Source: Octopus bimaculoides
Lineage: Eukaryota
Assembly (NCBI RefSeq): GCF_001194135.2
Contig: NC_068991.1
Location: forward strand, 73,319,258-73,365,537
Length of the DNA: 46,280 nt
Reading direction: 5' to 3'
A model generated the notes under the pieces. It ran no database searches. It was not told where the DNA came from and worked only from the letters and a program-made list of their open reading frames with translations. Below are positions 25,791 to 37,840 of this stretch, piece after piece; positions within the stretch are counted from its first letter, which is position 1, and every line of letters starts with the position of its first letter. Position numbers and translations under genes: made by a program.

Positions 25791-26553
25791 GCTCTTTCTC
25801 TCTGTCGTTTTCTCTATCAGTTCTTCAGTGTTTGTTAACAGAACATTTTTATCGAAAGCACCATCGCTATCTCCGCTTCCCCACACCGCATCTTGTATTC
25901 GATTTGTCGCTTTCTTTCTATTTTATCCTTTTTTTTTTACTCACACACACACACACGCACACACACACACATACATACACACACACAGACGCACACAAAT
26001 ACACACACACCCTTTATTCCATCATTTAGCCAGCCAATCCTCAGATCAACCACTCAAACATCCAGCCTCGTTCTCGTACAACTGTCACACATACCCAAAT
26101 CCAAGCAAAAACTCTCCATTAGTTCACTTTTCACTAAGGCACTCATTCAGTGACAACATACCAAGGCTTTTGAGCCATTTTGAATGCAGAAAGACCAAGC
26201 AATACCCGATAATAATAATAATAATTTATAGGAAAAGTGTGTGTTCACCCGGATTGACCGCGTTAACCATTTTTATATTTCAATTGAACTGAAACTACAG
26301 TTTTGTTTCTAATTCTTACTTGGCAATTTATTTATTTATTTAGTTAGTTATTTTAGTTGTTTTATTTTTAATTAATTAATCTTTACAAATTCTTCTCGAT
26401 TCTTTTAATTTTACCCAAAGGGATGATTTTGTCTGGAACAAATTAATTAACTGGAACAAGTTAATTAACGCAAAAAATCGTAAAAGAAATAACGTAACGA
26501 ATACAAACTCCAGTCAAAATTTAAAAAAAACAACAACTATTAGAAGAAGAAGA

Positions 26554-26617
<64 letters not shown>

Positions 26618-26747
26618 GTAATAATAACTTAATAGCAGTAATAATAATTAAAGGAAAATTCTTCCACCAGTAAGAAAAACAAAAACAAAACAAAACAAAC
26701 TCATTTGAATTACTCTACTCTAAGAATACGGAAGCTTATACCATTTT

Positions 26748-26756
26748 TAGGTAAGT
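26748..26756 (+). promoter_or_regulatory. Candidate 5' splice donor TAG|GTAAGT
   Basis: Near-consensus U2 donor in non-TE sequence, with the junction at 26750/26751. There is no transcript evidence. Confidence 0.3.
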
Positions 26757-27342
26757 AAAATTTTGTTTCTTATTAGATAACACAACATCATACCAACAAC
26801 AAAAACAACAACATCGATAACACTGCTTTTGCCATTAGCGTCAATAAAAATAATAACAAAGCAAATCTCTACATAGTGGCTCTATCCGTCGGAAATAGCA
26901 GCCAAATTTCTTTGAAAAGAAAACGAAAATAACACACGAATTCTTTGGATGTTTTAGTAATATTCAAAACACAGAATTGTCACAGCATGAGCGTTTAAAT
27001 TTATTTTTTTTTAATCATACATTCACACGATCAGGTGTAAATAAGAACCTTGATTATTATATAACAGGGTCTCGGTATTTCGTATAATGTAGGGATATAG
27101 AAGGGGTTTAGTGTATTTCTGATTATTTTATCGGAGCCGGAAAAAGGAAAGACAAAGGTGACTGCATTGTGATTACATATTATTTTAAGCTTTTTTTTTT
27201 TTAGTTGAGGGTCGGCCATGCACGTTGCATTATTTAATTTTAACCTCATGAGTAATTAGACCTGGCAAAACCCAACTCTGAAGTTTTATAAACAGCTACA
27301 ACAACGACGACAACAAGACCAATAACAATAACAACGGAAGAC

Positions 27343-27555
27343 CATGCCTTTACGTAGCCGTTCGATCTGCTAGAAATAACAGATAAATTCTTTTTAACCA
27401 CACCCTAATTTTCCCGGAATTAGGGAAGGCCAGATTGGACAATATAGCTGAATATATGCAAAAAAGGGGGCATGGCTATAACTGAAACGCCTTCGATTAT
27501 GTCTGCAGAATTAGAACCTATCTGGGGCTATAAAACAACATCAACAACAAAAACA
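27343..27555 (+). mobile_element. Repeat family E, near full length, (CAA)n-like tail
   Basis: gccgttcgatctgctagaaataacag...ctggggctataaaacaacatcaacaacaa. Confidence 0.7.
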
Positions 27556-27604
27556 ATGATAAGGACCACAGTATGATAGGGTAACTAAGAACTTTGAGTG
27601 ACAT

Positions 27605-27810
27605 GCTGTGTTGTTAACGTGTTTTTAACCCCAAGTAAATCTTGGCCGAGCAGACCTACGGTCAAAAGTCTTTCCAGCTATAACCATTCAAAATCTGTTG
27701 GTTTTTTTAAAAATCAATTACTGAAAACATTTTCTACAGTGCACTTCTGTATTTAAGACGGTAAAATGTAATTTAAGGAAAATTTAATTGCTATTTCTAG
27801 CATGTAGATG
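27605..27810 (-). mobile_element. Repeat family E, inverted copy
   Basis: ccccaagt..gagcagacctacggtcaaaag..ttccagc..gctatttctagca is the reverse complement of family E. Confidence 0.65.
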
Positions 27811-28675
27811 TTTACTTGTTGGCTTGAGTAGCGGCATGTGTTTTGACGTAACACAAGGTCAATTTTTACACGAAATCTGATATTGACGATTAAATAAATA
27901 CCCAAATATTATTTATTTCTCTTAAACAAAGATTAACGCTTACATAAAATCGCAGTCTGAGAATACTACCAAAAACTTCATGTTGGTAACTTTCGAAAGG
28001 GCACCGGGTTCTTTTTAATTTTATTATTTTTTTTTTAATTCTAACAACGGTGCCATTTTAATCTCGAACCCGTGTTGCAAGCTGTTATCGCCAGAAATTA
28101 ATTAAGACGATACAGAACGCATGGACTAATTTTTTTTGTTTTCTTTTAGTTCCAATAACAGTTATTTGAATGAAGGGGGACGATATGATTACGAACCGTT
28201 ATTGCTTTTCTGAAGGTGTTTCACGACGTTAAGGAAATGGAAATGCTTTTTGATGTGATACCGAAAACTAGGTTGCACACTCACCACGCACATGTGATGT
28301 CATGTAAACAGCATTCCTGGTTAGTAATATAAATAGCAATGATGGTATAATAAACGTAAAGTACATGTACAATATGTGCACGCTTACTTTAATTTTGTAC
28401 ATGAATAAATACAGACACATGCACGCACAAGCGTACACATGCACAGGCATATTTGTATATACATATATGTAAATATTGATGGAAAGATAGAAAGACAGCC
28501 ATGGAGGTAGAAGGAAAGATAGGTAGACAGACAGATGGACAGATAGATTGACATATAGACAGACAGATATACAAATATATGAATATAGATAGACAGACAG
28601 ATGGAGAGATAGACAGATAGATAGACAGATAGATAGACAGATAAATAGTTTGGTACGTATATAGATAGACAGACA

Positions 28676-28719
<44 letters not shown>

Positions 28720-29469
28720 ATAGAAAAGGGGAGAGAGGGAGAGCTAGAAAGAAAGATAGCTACGGAATGTGCGCATGACCTTTGTAGGTCTTTCGAGACC
28801 GGTTAGATCATTGCGGTTAATGTTCCCCTTCAACAGTCTGTTTGTGTNNNNNNNNNNNNNNNNNNNNNNNNNNNNNNNNNNNNNNNNNNNNNNNNNNNNN
28901 NNNNNNNNNNNNNNNNNNNNNNNNNNNNNNNNNNNNNNNNNNNNNNNNNNNNNNNNNNNNNNNNNNNNNNNNNNNNNNNNNNNNNNNNNNNNNNNNNNNN
29001 NNNNNNNNNNNNNNNNNNNNNNNNNNNNNNNNNNNNNNNNNNNNNNNNNNNNNNNNNNNNNNNNNNNNNNNNNNNNNNNNNNNNNNNNNNNNNNNNNNNN
29101 NNNNNNNNNNNNNNNNNNNNNNNNNNNNNNNNNNNNNNNNNNNNNNNNNNNNNNNNNNNNNNNNNNNNNNNNNNNNNNNNNNNNNNNNNNNNNNNNNNNN
29201 NNNNNNNNNNNNNNATATATATATATATATATATATACATGCGTTTATATATATGCATGCATTTATGTGTGTGTGTGCTTCCGATGGTACATGTGTGTTA
29301 GTCTGGTTGTGTGCATGTATTAATATTTACACATCTACATATGCGTGTATTTATGTTAATTTACAGGAATGCATTGCCAAATCGATCAAGCGATGCTCCC
29401 GCATGGCCACAGTTAACCAGTGTCAACCGACGGAAAAATGGTGAAGTACATGCATAAACGTGTAAAGAT

Positions 29470-29507
<38 letters not shown>

Positions 29508-29589
29508 GCGCGCGAGTGCAAATGTGCACGCGCGCCAGATGTGTGCATGTGAGCGTGTGTGTGTGTTTGTGTGTATGCATTCACTTTTG

Positions 29590-30112
29590 TGTACGACTGT
29601 GTGTTTAGATTTTAGTGAGTCTCTGTATGTGTGCGTGTTTGTGTGTATGTGAGTATGTGTGTATATGTGTGCATGTGTGTGTGTGTGTATGCAAGAACTT
29701 TTGCGTATGAATCTATGTGTGTGTGCAGTGCGTAGTGCGTCTGTGTATGTGTGTGTGTGTATGTGTGTGTGTGCATGTGTGTATGTTTTTCTCTCTGTGT
29801 TTGTATGTGAGTGCGTGCATCTGTGTGTATATGTGTGTGTGTAGCGTATATTTTATCTGTGTATGTGTGCATGTGTGTGTACATGTGTGTGTACATGTGT
29901 GTGTACATGTGTGTGTACATGTGTGTGTGTGCAGTGTGTAGTGTGTCTATGCATGTGTGAGTGTGTGCATGTGCATGTGTGCATGCGTGTGTGTGCATGC
30001 ATGCACTTTTGTGCATGACACTGTGCGTGTGTGTGTGTGTGTGTGTGATCGTGTGCATGTGTGTGTAAGTACGTGTGTATGCATACGTGTGTGAGTGTGT
30101 GTAGGTGTGTGT
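29590..30112. repeat. Degenerate (TG)-rich tract containing five 12-bp units acatgtgtgtgt (29869-29928)
   Basis: Directly visible. Confidence 0.9.
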
Positions 30113-30237
30113 GTGAATTTCTGAACGTACCCTCGACCACCAACTGAATTATATGTAAACATAAGCAGAATATTGATTTTAATGTAAAAATGCTCCAAAT
30201 TAGTATTATATATTACCACAAGCGTTAATCATCTTGC

Positions 30238-30317
<80 letters not shown>

Positions 30318-30439
30318 GTATTGCAGCCTTTATTGTTTATGATGATGATGATGATACTGCTATTGCTATTCTTATTGTTAATGTTGGCACTAGAACTATA
30401 TCTTTTCCTTGCAGCAGTTTATACCTGTACTGACACCCA

Positions 30440-31062
<623 letters not shown>

Positions 31063-31471
31063 GTAATGAATAAATAAATTATGACACAAGCTATTATATT
31101 ATGAGTTAAACACGAGTTTCTGCTTTGCATTCGTTATCACATTTGTTTTCCCGGTCGGTTCGGGCACGACCGAGTCAGTGCATGTAGGCTCGTGTGTTAC
31201 CCTTCAGCTTTTATGGTTTCCCCTAGAGTGATGGTAAGAACTGTCGAAGCTTATCCTCTGACTAAAAGCCGAATTCGAACGATTGCAGTAAAATAGACTA
31301 CGCTACACGAAATGCAAATAAGGACGAGGGTTTAGTTTAAAACATGCGATGGGCAACGGGTTATTATTCAAAAGCATAAATGACCCCATCACATGGAATT
31401 CCACGTCACGGTTACTGTCTACCAAATAGCACCCACAAAACTTCGGTTAACATGAAGTTATGTTAGAAGAG

Positions 31472-31862
31472 TGGAGGCGCAATGGCCCAGTGGTTATAGG
31501 GCAGCGGAATCGTGGTCATAGGATCGCGGTTTCGATTCCCAGACCGGGCGTTGTGAGTGTTTATTGAGCGAAAACACCTAAAGCTCCACGAGGCTCCGGC
31601 AGGGGATGGTGGCGAACCCTGCTGTACTCTTTCACCACAACTTTCTCTCATTCTTACTTCCTGTTTCTGTTGTGCCTGTAATTCAAAGGGTCAGCCTTGT
31701 CACACTCTGTGTCACGCTGAATATCCCCGAGAACTACGTTAAGGGTACACGCGTCTGTGGAGTGCTCAGCCACTTGCACGTTAATTTCACGAGCAGGCTG
31801 TTCCGTTGATCGGATCAACTGGAACGCTCGTCGTCGTAAGCGACGGAATGCCAACAACAAAC
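31472..31862 (+). mobile_element. SINE family C, full length with 10-bp target-site duplication
   Basis: tRNA-like head tggcccagtggttatagg..ggtttcgattccc and tail ccaacaacaaac. The TSD gttagaagag is at 31462-31471 and 31863-31872. Confidence 0.9.
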
Positions 31863-32303
31863 GTTAGAAGAGACACATTCTAAGTTTGTCATAGTGTGAT
31901 TGGGCGTGAGATAACGCTTGAAAGCATTTAGGTTCGAAGAGAAATCGTGGACCATGTAATACTTGTGAAAATGTTTGCATGGTTCGGTTCGTGTATACGT
32001 TGTTTGTTTTGATTAAGAGTCAGTAAATGTGTGGAGAGTTTGATATAGTGACGAGCCAATGAAAGAGACATCAGATGGTCTTTTGATATGAGTGTAATAG
32101 CAGGCAGATCTCCCTCCAATTGTACACGTTTGGCACGTTTTAAAGAAAGCAACGACACGTTGTATCTTGTCATGTTAGATATCTTCTGCCTTTGTTGGCC
32201 TTTGAAGCAGGGCGGCCGAACTATGGCTAAACGACAACATTGTATGGTAATTTCAAGATTTTGGTATTAAAATGAATAGTAAAGGTACACGTACATAACA
32301 TCA

Positions 32304-32341
<38 letters not shown>

Positions 32342-32459
32342 TGCGCGGGCGCGTGCACTTCTTGTCAAACTCATACACACAGAGATACATACACATATAT
32401 ATCACACACATGTCATCAGTGGATCTAAGCTGTGGTACCCTTCAGCTTTTACGGCTTGC

Positions 32460-32870
32460 CAAAGGTGACGCGCAGCGACACCTTCAGCAAGTGTCTTGTA
32501 CTATGGCCTCGGGCCGACCAACGCCTTGTGAGTGGATTTGGTAGACGGAAACTGAAAGAAGCCAGTCGCATATATGTGTGAGTGTGGGTGCGTACGTGTG
32601 TGTGTGTGTGTGTGTGTGTGAGTGCGTACGTGCGTGAGTGTGTGTGTGTGTGTGTGTGTATTTGTATGTTTGTGTTTGTGCTCTCGCTATAACTTGACAA
32701 CCAATATTCGTGTATTTACGTCCCTATAAATCTAGCGGTTCGCCAAAACTGAACGATAGAATAAGTTACTGGGTTTACAAAGAATAAGTCCTGGGGTCGA
32801 TTTGTTCGACTAAAGGTGGTGCTCTAACATGGACGCAGTCAAAAGATTGAAACAAATAAAGAATAAAAGA
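32460..32870 (+). mobile_element. SINE family B lacking its tRNA head
   Basis: caccttcagcaagtgtcttgtactatggcctcgggccgacc..ggaaactgaaagaagcc, then (TG)n, then the 3' module. Confidence 0.85.
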
Positions 32871-32891
32871 ATATATATATATATGTATATA

Positions 32892-32925
<34 letters not shown>

Positions 32926-33157
32926 TATATATAAATATATATATATATCTACATATATATATATATGTTTACACACAGACAGGCAGACACACACACACAC
33001 ACACACACACATACACATACAACATACACATTTACACCTTTGCATCATCTCACAAACATCACAGCCCTATCTCATCACGCACACACTCATTTTTATATAT
33101 CCTTACACAAGCATAAAATACGAACGTGGAAATACACATACATACACACACAAACAG

Positions 33158-33196
<39 letters not shown>

Positions 33197-33339
33197 CACA
33201 CATACACGCATGCACACGCTCATACTGAGGCACACTGACATACATACAAAAGTGGCTTGAGGAATATTTAGTTGCTATTTCTAGCAGGTCGAGCGAAGAA
33301 ATAGAACCCGGCCTTCGTCGCCTCGTTTAATTCATCTGC

Positions 33340-33350
33340 TGCTGCTGCTG

Positions 33351-33442
<92 letters not shown>
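33340..33442. repeat. (CTG)n-(CTA)n tract
   Basis: Directly visible. Confidence 0.95.
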
Positions 33443-33444
33443 GT

Positions 33445-33615
33445 GCCTAGCAAAATGCATAACGACATTTCGTCCGTCTTTATGTTTTAATTCAAATCCC
33501 GCCGAATCCGACGTTGCTTTTAATCCCGTCGAGATCGATAGAATAAGAACCAGTCTATGTAATAGACTAAACCCTCCCCTAAAAAATTGCTGGCCTTGTA
33601 CCAAAATTTGAAATC
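33445..33615 (+). mobile_element. SINE family A, degenerate
   Basis: gacatttcgtccgtctttatgttttaattcaaatcccgccg..gtcgagatcgatagaataag..ggccttgtaccaaaatttgaa. Confidence 0.7.
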
Positions 33616-33915
33616 ATACTCCTTCTTATTTCAACTCAGGTTATGTTGGACGTTCTGTGGTTATTCATGCGTAACGGGACTTGCTACCCGTAGCCTGCGG
33701 TGCCATGCTATCTGTTCTTTTCAACTCTCCAATAGTTTTCCTGATTATTCTGGCCCTGCCAAGAAAGTAAGCCTTTTGTTACAGTTCTACTGGGCACCCT
33801 ATTCCAATTTCCTTTATATTCCCCTTGATGCCTTATGATACTGTCCCTAAGGACCCAACAATAATTGGCACTCTCTTCACCTTCTTCATTTTCCACAGTC
33901 TCGTATTTAAGAGGG

Positions 33916-33988
<73 letters not shown>

Positions 33989-34134
33989 TTGTTTAGTAGT
34001 TTTATTTTTATAACGTGCTTTCACTTCACTACCGAGCGCAGCTCTGTGTGCCTTGGGTATGTGCTGTGGTTTGCTGTGATGCTCTTATGGTTACTATATT
34101 TAAAGTGTTTTGCGTAGGATGTGTGCAGTGCCCA
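33989..34134 (-). mobile_element. R4/Dong-clade LINE extreme 3' end (146 bp, copy 3)
   Basis: It encodes GTAHILRKTL plus a 3' UTR. It matches 37516-37653 with about 8 substitutions and one 9-bp indel. (ATT)n-type tracts flank both sides. Confidence 0.9.
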
Positions 34135-34173
<39 letters not shown>

Positions 34174-34195
34174 CATTATTATTATTATTATTATT

Positions 34196-34248
<53 letters not shown>

Positions 34249-35249
34249 AGTTATTTTAACTATTACGAGCTTTATATATAAAAGCGGGGATGTATTGAAA
34301 TTTGGTGAGAACGAGCCTCCTGAAATCGCAAAAGTTATCTTCAGATTCTTGCAGAATGCTATTATGTTTATGTGGTAAATGCTATGTTTTATACAAGTTC
34401 TTTGAGGCCTCAAGAAACAACAAAGTACACGTCTTCACAATGAGTGTGTGTGTGTTTGTGTAGTAATGATACATTTCAGGGAACGGAGATCAAATAGAGA
34501 TAATTTAAACTTTCATATGCTTGTTGCAATATTTGCAATTAAAAAAAAAAAGCTTTAAGAGATTCAAATATTCTCAAGTTGATAGTGTTTTTCTGAGGAT
34601 TTAAGCTGTATCCATGAGAGATAATTTGTCTATTGCTCTGATCACTTTCTGTTCCCTAGAATTTGATCATTGGTATTTAAGGGCACCATTTGATATTAAT
34701 TCTAAAGTTACAGTTGCCATTCTTAAACACCACATTTTTGCGATCCTATTTCAAGGTTCTTGTATTTACTTAACTCATGAAACATTTGCACAGAGTTTGC
34801 TGGGATTGACAGATCTATGAGCAAACATGTTTTGTCAATGTTATTTTTCAGTACAATATCTGGTTTATTAGCCTGAATAACTCGATCGGTTTGAAAACTA
34901 AGATTTCAAAAGGCGGCGATGTCGTATTTTCTATTACTTCAGTAGACTTACACTTCCGACAGTTCTTTTCAAACGGGAGCCCAAACCAATGGCATACGAT
35001 CCAGTAGGAATACCGATCAAGTCTGTCGTAGCTATTAGCATATCCGCTTCAATCTAACATAGAGCAACCAAACATGACATGGTCAATTGTTTTTCTGGTT
35101 GTACCACGAACACGGTAGGCAGGAGCAGCATTATTTCTAAGCATATTGGCTTGGTAATCTCTTGCAGAAGCATACTTATCCGGAACTGCTACAATAAAGT
35201 TTTCTTTTTCTAATTCATGTCTGAGCGTAGACAGCCACCGATAAATTTA

Positions 35250-36069
35250 CAGTAATTGCTCGTCATATCGCGGTTCACATATCGCGCCCTCAGTACATCG
35301 CGGATTTTTCTGGATAATATCCGTAAATTTATATCGCGGACCCCTCAGTAGATCACGAGTTTCTGCAGCCGATAGGTATTTATATCTTACTTAGATTTTG
35401 GTTACTTCTGTGGTAAAATAAGCATTTTCGCGCCTAAAATTAATGAATTAATAAATAAAAATACAGTACAATGCTGCACTGTATAACACATTAATTAAAA
35501 TATATTTTCTACTCTAGGCACAAGGCCTGAAATTTTAGGGGAGAGGGCCAGTCAATTAAATCGTCTCCAGTACACAACTGGTACTTAATTTATCGACCCC
35601 GAAAGGATGAGAGCAGAGTCGACCTCGGTGGAATTTGAATTAATTGAAATACATTAAAAGAAAATACGTAGTGTACCGTAGATGAGTAAACGAAGAACCG
35701 GATATGCTGTATGGAAAACAAAACTCGGGAGGCGAGTGTGTGGTGTTGTTTTGCTTTTCTGTGTAAAGCTGTTAATTTATTTCAAGCCCTACCATGTCCC
35801 CCAAATGTTCTGCACCCTCTAAGGCTTCCGGCAGCGAATCCAAGCGCAGAGAACGTGAGACACCCTCGACATGCAAAAACAGAGAAGACACGGGTACTCC
35901 TAAGAGTGGGGAAGAGAGTTTATGAAAATTTAAATATATAAAAATAATAAGCTAAATATATACAAATTATAAAAATAATAATAAATATACACGGTACAGT
36001 ACTGTTTCTACTTCGCAGATTTTCACCTATCGCGTGGGATTTTGGAACGTGATAGTCGAGGGATTACTG
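35250..36069. mobile_element. Tigger/pogo-like non-autonomous DNA transposon (MITE)
   Basis: Left end cagtaattgctcg; right end cgagggattactg (reverse complement cagtaatccctcg, 11/13 match). TA lies on the left and TG on the right. Subterminal tatcgcg repeats are present. Confidence 0.75.
35503..35639 (-). mobile_element. SINE family A, 5'-truncated, inside the MITE, with 12-bp TSD
   Basis: The TSD is ttaattaaaata (35491-35502) versus ttaattgaaata (35640-35651), 11/12 identical. Confidence 0.85.
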
Positions 36070-36865
36070 TGTATCTCAACATCAGAATTGCCAGCTCTTG
36101 TTGGGTATTTAGCACGTACTTCCTTACGTTTTCATCTATTTAGCTCTGAGATTCCTGTGGATTTGGTTTCTTTTATCTGTTTTGCTTTCACAGAGAGTTC
36201 TTCTGCTTCGTCTAACTACATATCAGTCTCGGAGATCTACACATATTTCTTTGCTTCTTTTGGTACTGAGTCTGGTTTCTTGGTACTTCCAAATTCAAGC
36301 ATCCAGTTATTTATTGTTCGTTGAATAGATGTTTAAACCGACGGAGTTGTCTTTACAAATAGTTGCAGTTGCATTAATCTTCGTTTTCTTTCATTTAGCG
36401 GATTGTATTTTCTCTCCACTTCTGGCTCTCGGTGAAGCATGCCGGGCGTCGTGAGAAAGTTGCGTACTTTTATGGAAATTTTAACTCAACGATGGACCAT
36501 ATTAAACGATATTAAATCTGTAGATCACAACAGGAATAGCCGGTGCATTGATGGCGTCAGTCCTGTTTCTTGCATTAAATTCGCTTTTTCTTAAGAATAG
36601 TGTAACTACAATAACATTCTTTCCATTTTATCACCATCCTTCTCCTCCTCATCATCATTATCATCATCAATATCACCATCGGTATTATTTGATGAAAACA
36701 CACAGCTTATTTTGCTGAGTATGATGGAATGTGTCAGCTGTCTACAGCCAGAAGACTAAGGTGGCACTTGTTTACTGGCCATGCTTATCATCATCATCAT
36801 CATCGTCGTCGTCATCACCACCACCACCATCATCATCATCATTATTATTATTATGTTTTGCTTTG

Positions 36866-37500
36866 TATTTGTAGAAGTTGACTCCAACTCTCACCCAGAG
36901 ACCTCAAGTGTCAACAAGTTATAAGTTGAAGTTGGTGTTATGGCTAGGGTGTTATGACTATATTTTTGGTTTTGCACTGAGTATCGTTCTAGAGAATGTC
37001 TGTCAAAACCTAAGTAAATTAGAAGTTTGTTTTAAAAGTAATTTGATTATCAGATGATAGTCTGACGTTAAGATGACAGCAAAAGGAGCTTTGTTGTTGT
37101 CTACATTTAAAAGTATTTTGACAGAGTTTATAGATTGAAATATTTTGGGATTACATAGACAATATTTTACGTAGGATGTGGGTAGTTCCCATGAGTACCA
37201 TTTCTTGAATTTCTTCCATTTTGGGATTTCCTGGTATCTGAACTAGGTAGCAATCTGCCCCTTTTGCTATCGTCCCTAGAGCGCCTATGGCAACAGGTAT
37301 TGTTTTAATCTTGAGGTTCCAAATTTGGCCAATTTTTATTTCAAGATTTTTATACTTGCTCAGTTTTTGGTAGGTCTTGACAGTTACATTTATGGCGAGT
37401 GAGACGGTCATATCGATTAGAAAGCATGTTTTTTGTCTGAAATCCTTCAATATAATGTCTGGCCTATTTGCATCTATCTTTCTGTCAGTTCGAACGGTGA
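36866..37500 (-). pseudogene. R4/Dong-clade LINE, 5'-truncated, second subfamily (copy 5)
   Basis: TDRKIDANRPDIILKDFRQKTCFLIDMTV...KLSKYKNLEIKI..LMGTTHILRKILSM* (ORF 37151-37450), then a 3' UTR and a (TAA)(TGA)n tail. Confidence 0.9.
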
Positions 37501-37515
37501 ATTATTATTATTATT

Positions 37516-37840
37516 ATTGTTCAGTAGTTTTATTTTTATAACGTGCTTTCACTTCATTACCGAGCGCAGCTCTGTGCGCCTTGGGTATGTGCTGTGGTGC
37601 TCTTATGTTTACTGTATTGAAAGTGTTTTGCGTAGAATGTGTGCAGTACCCAGTAGTGCAATTTTCTGTATGTTATATATATTTGTAAGTCCTGGTGTTT
37701 TTGTTATGTATTTGTCTGAATATTTTTTTATTATACCTAAGGCACCTACTATGATAGGAATTGTTTCTGTTTTTAGACTCCACATTCGAGTTATCTCTAT
37801 TTCCAGGTCTTTGTATTTTGAAAGTTTTTCCATTTCTTTT
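37516..37840 (-). pseudogene. R4/Dong-clade LINE 3' end, apparently young, running into a gap (copy 6)
   Basis: Uninterrupted KEMEKLSKYKDLEIEITRMWSLKTETIPIIVGALGIIKK...LLGTAHILRKTLSIQ* plus a 3' UTR and (TAA)6. Confidence 0.9.

Larger units (their letters stand above)
34574..36600 (-). pseudogene. Old R4/Dong-clade LINE fragment (copy 4), split by the MITE at 35250-36069
   Basis: Right part: AINAPAIPVVIYRFNIV and KYPTRAGNSDVE. Left part: YRWLS, RDYQANMLRN, TDRVIQANKPDIVLK..KTCLLIDLSIP and LMDTA*ILRKTLST* (stop at 34574-34576). The order is colinear with copy 2. Confidence 0.8.
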
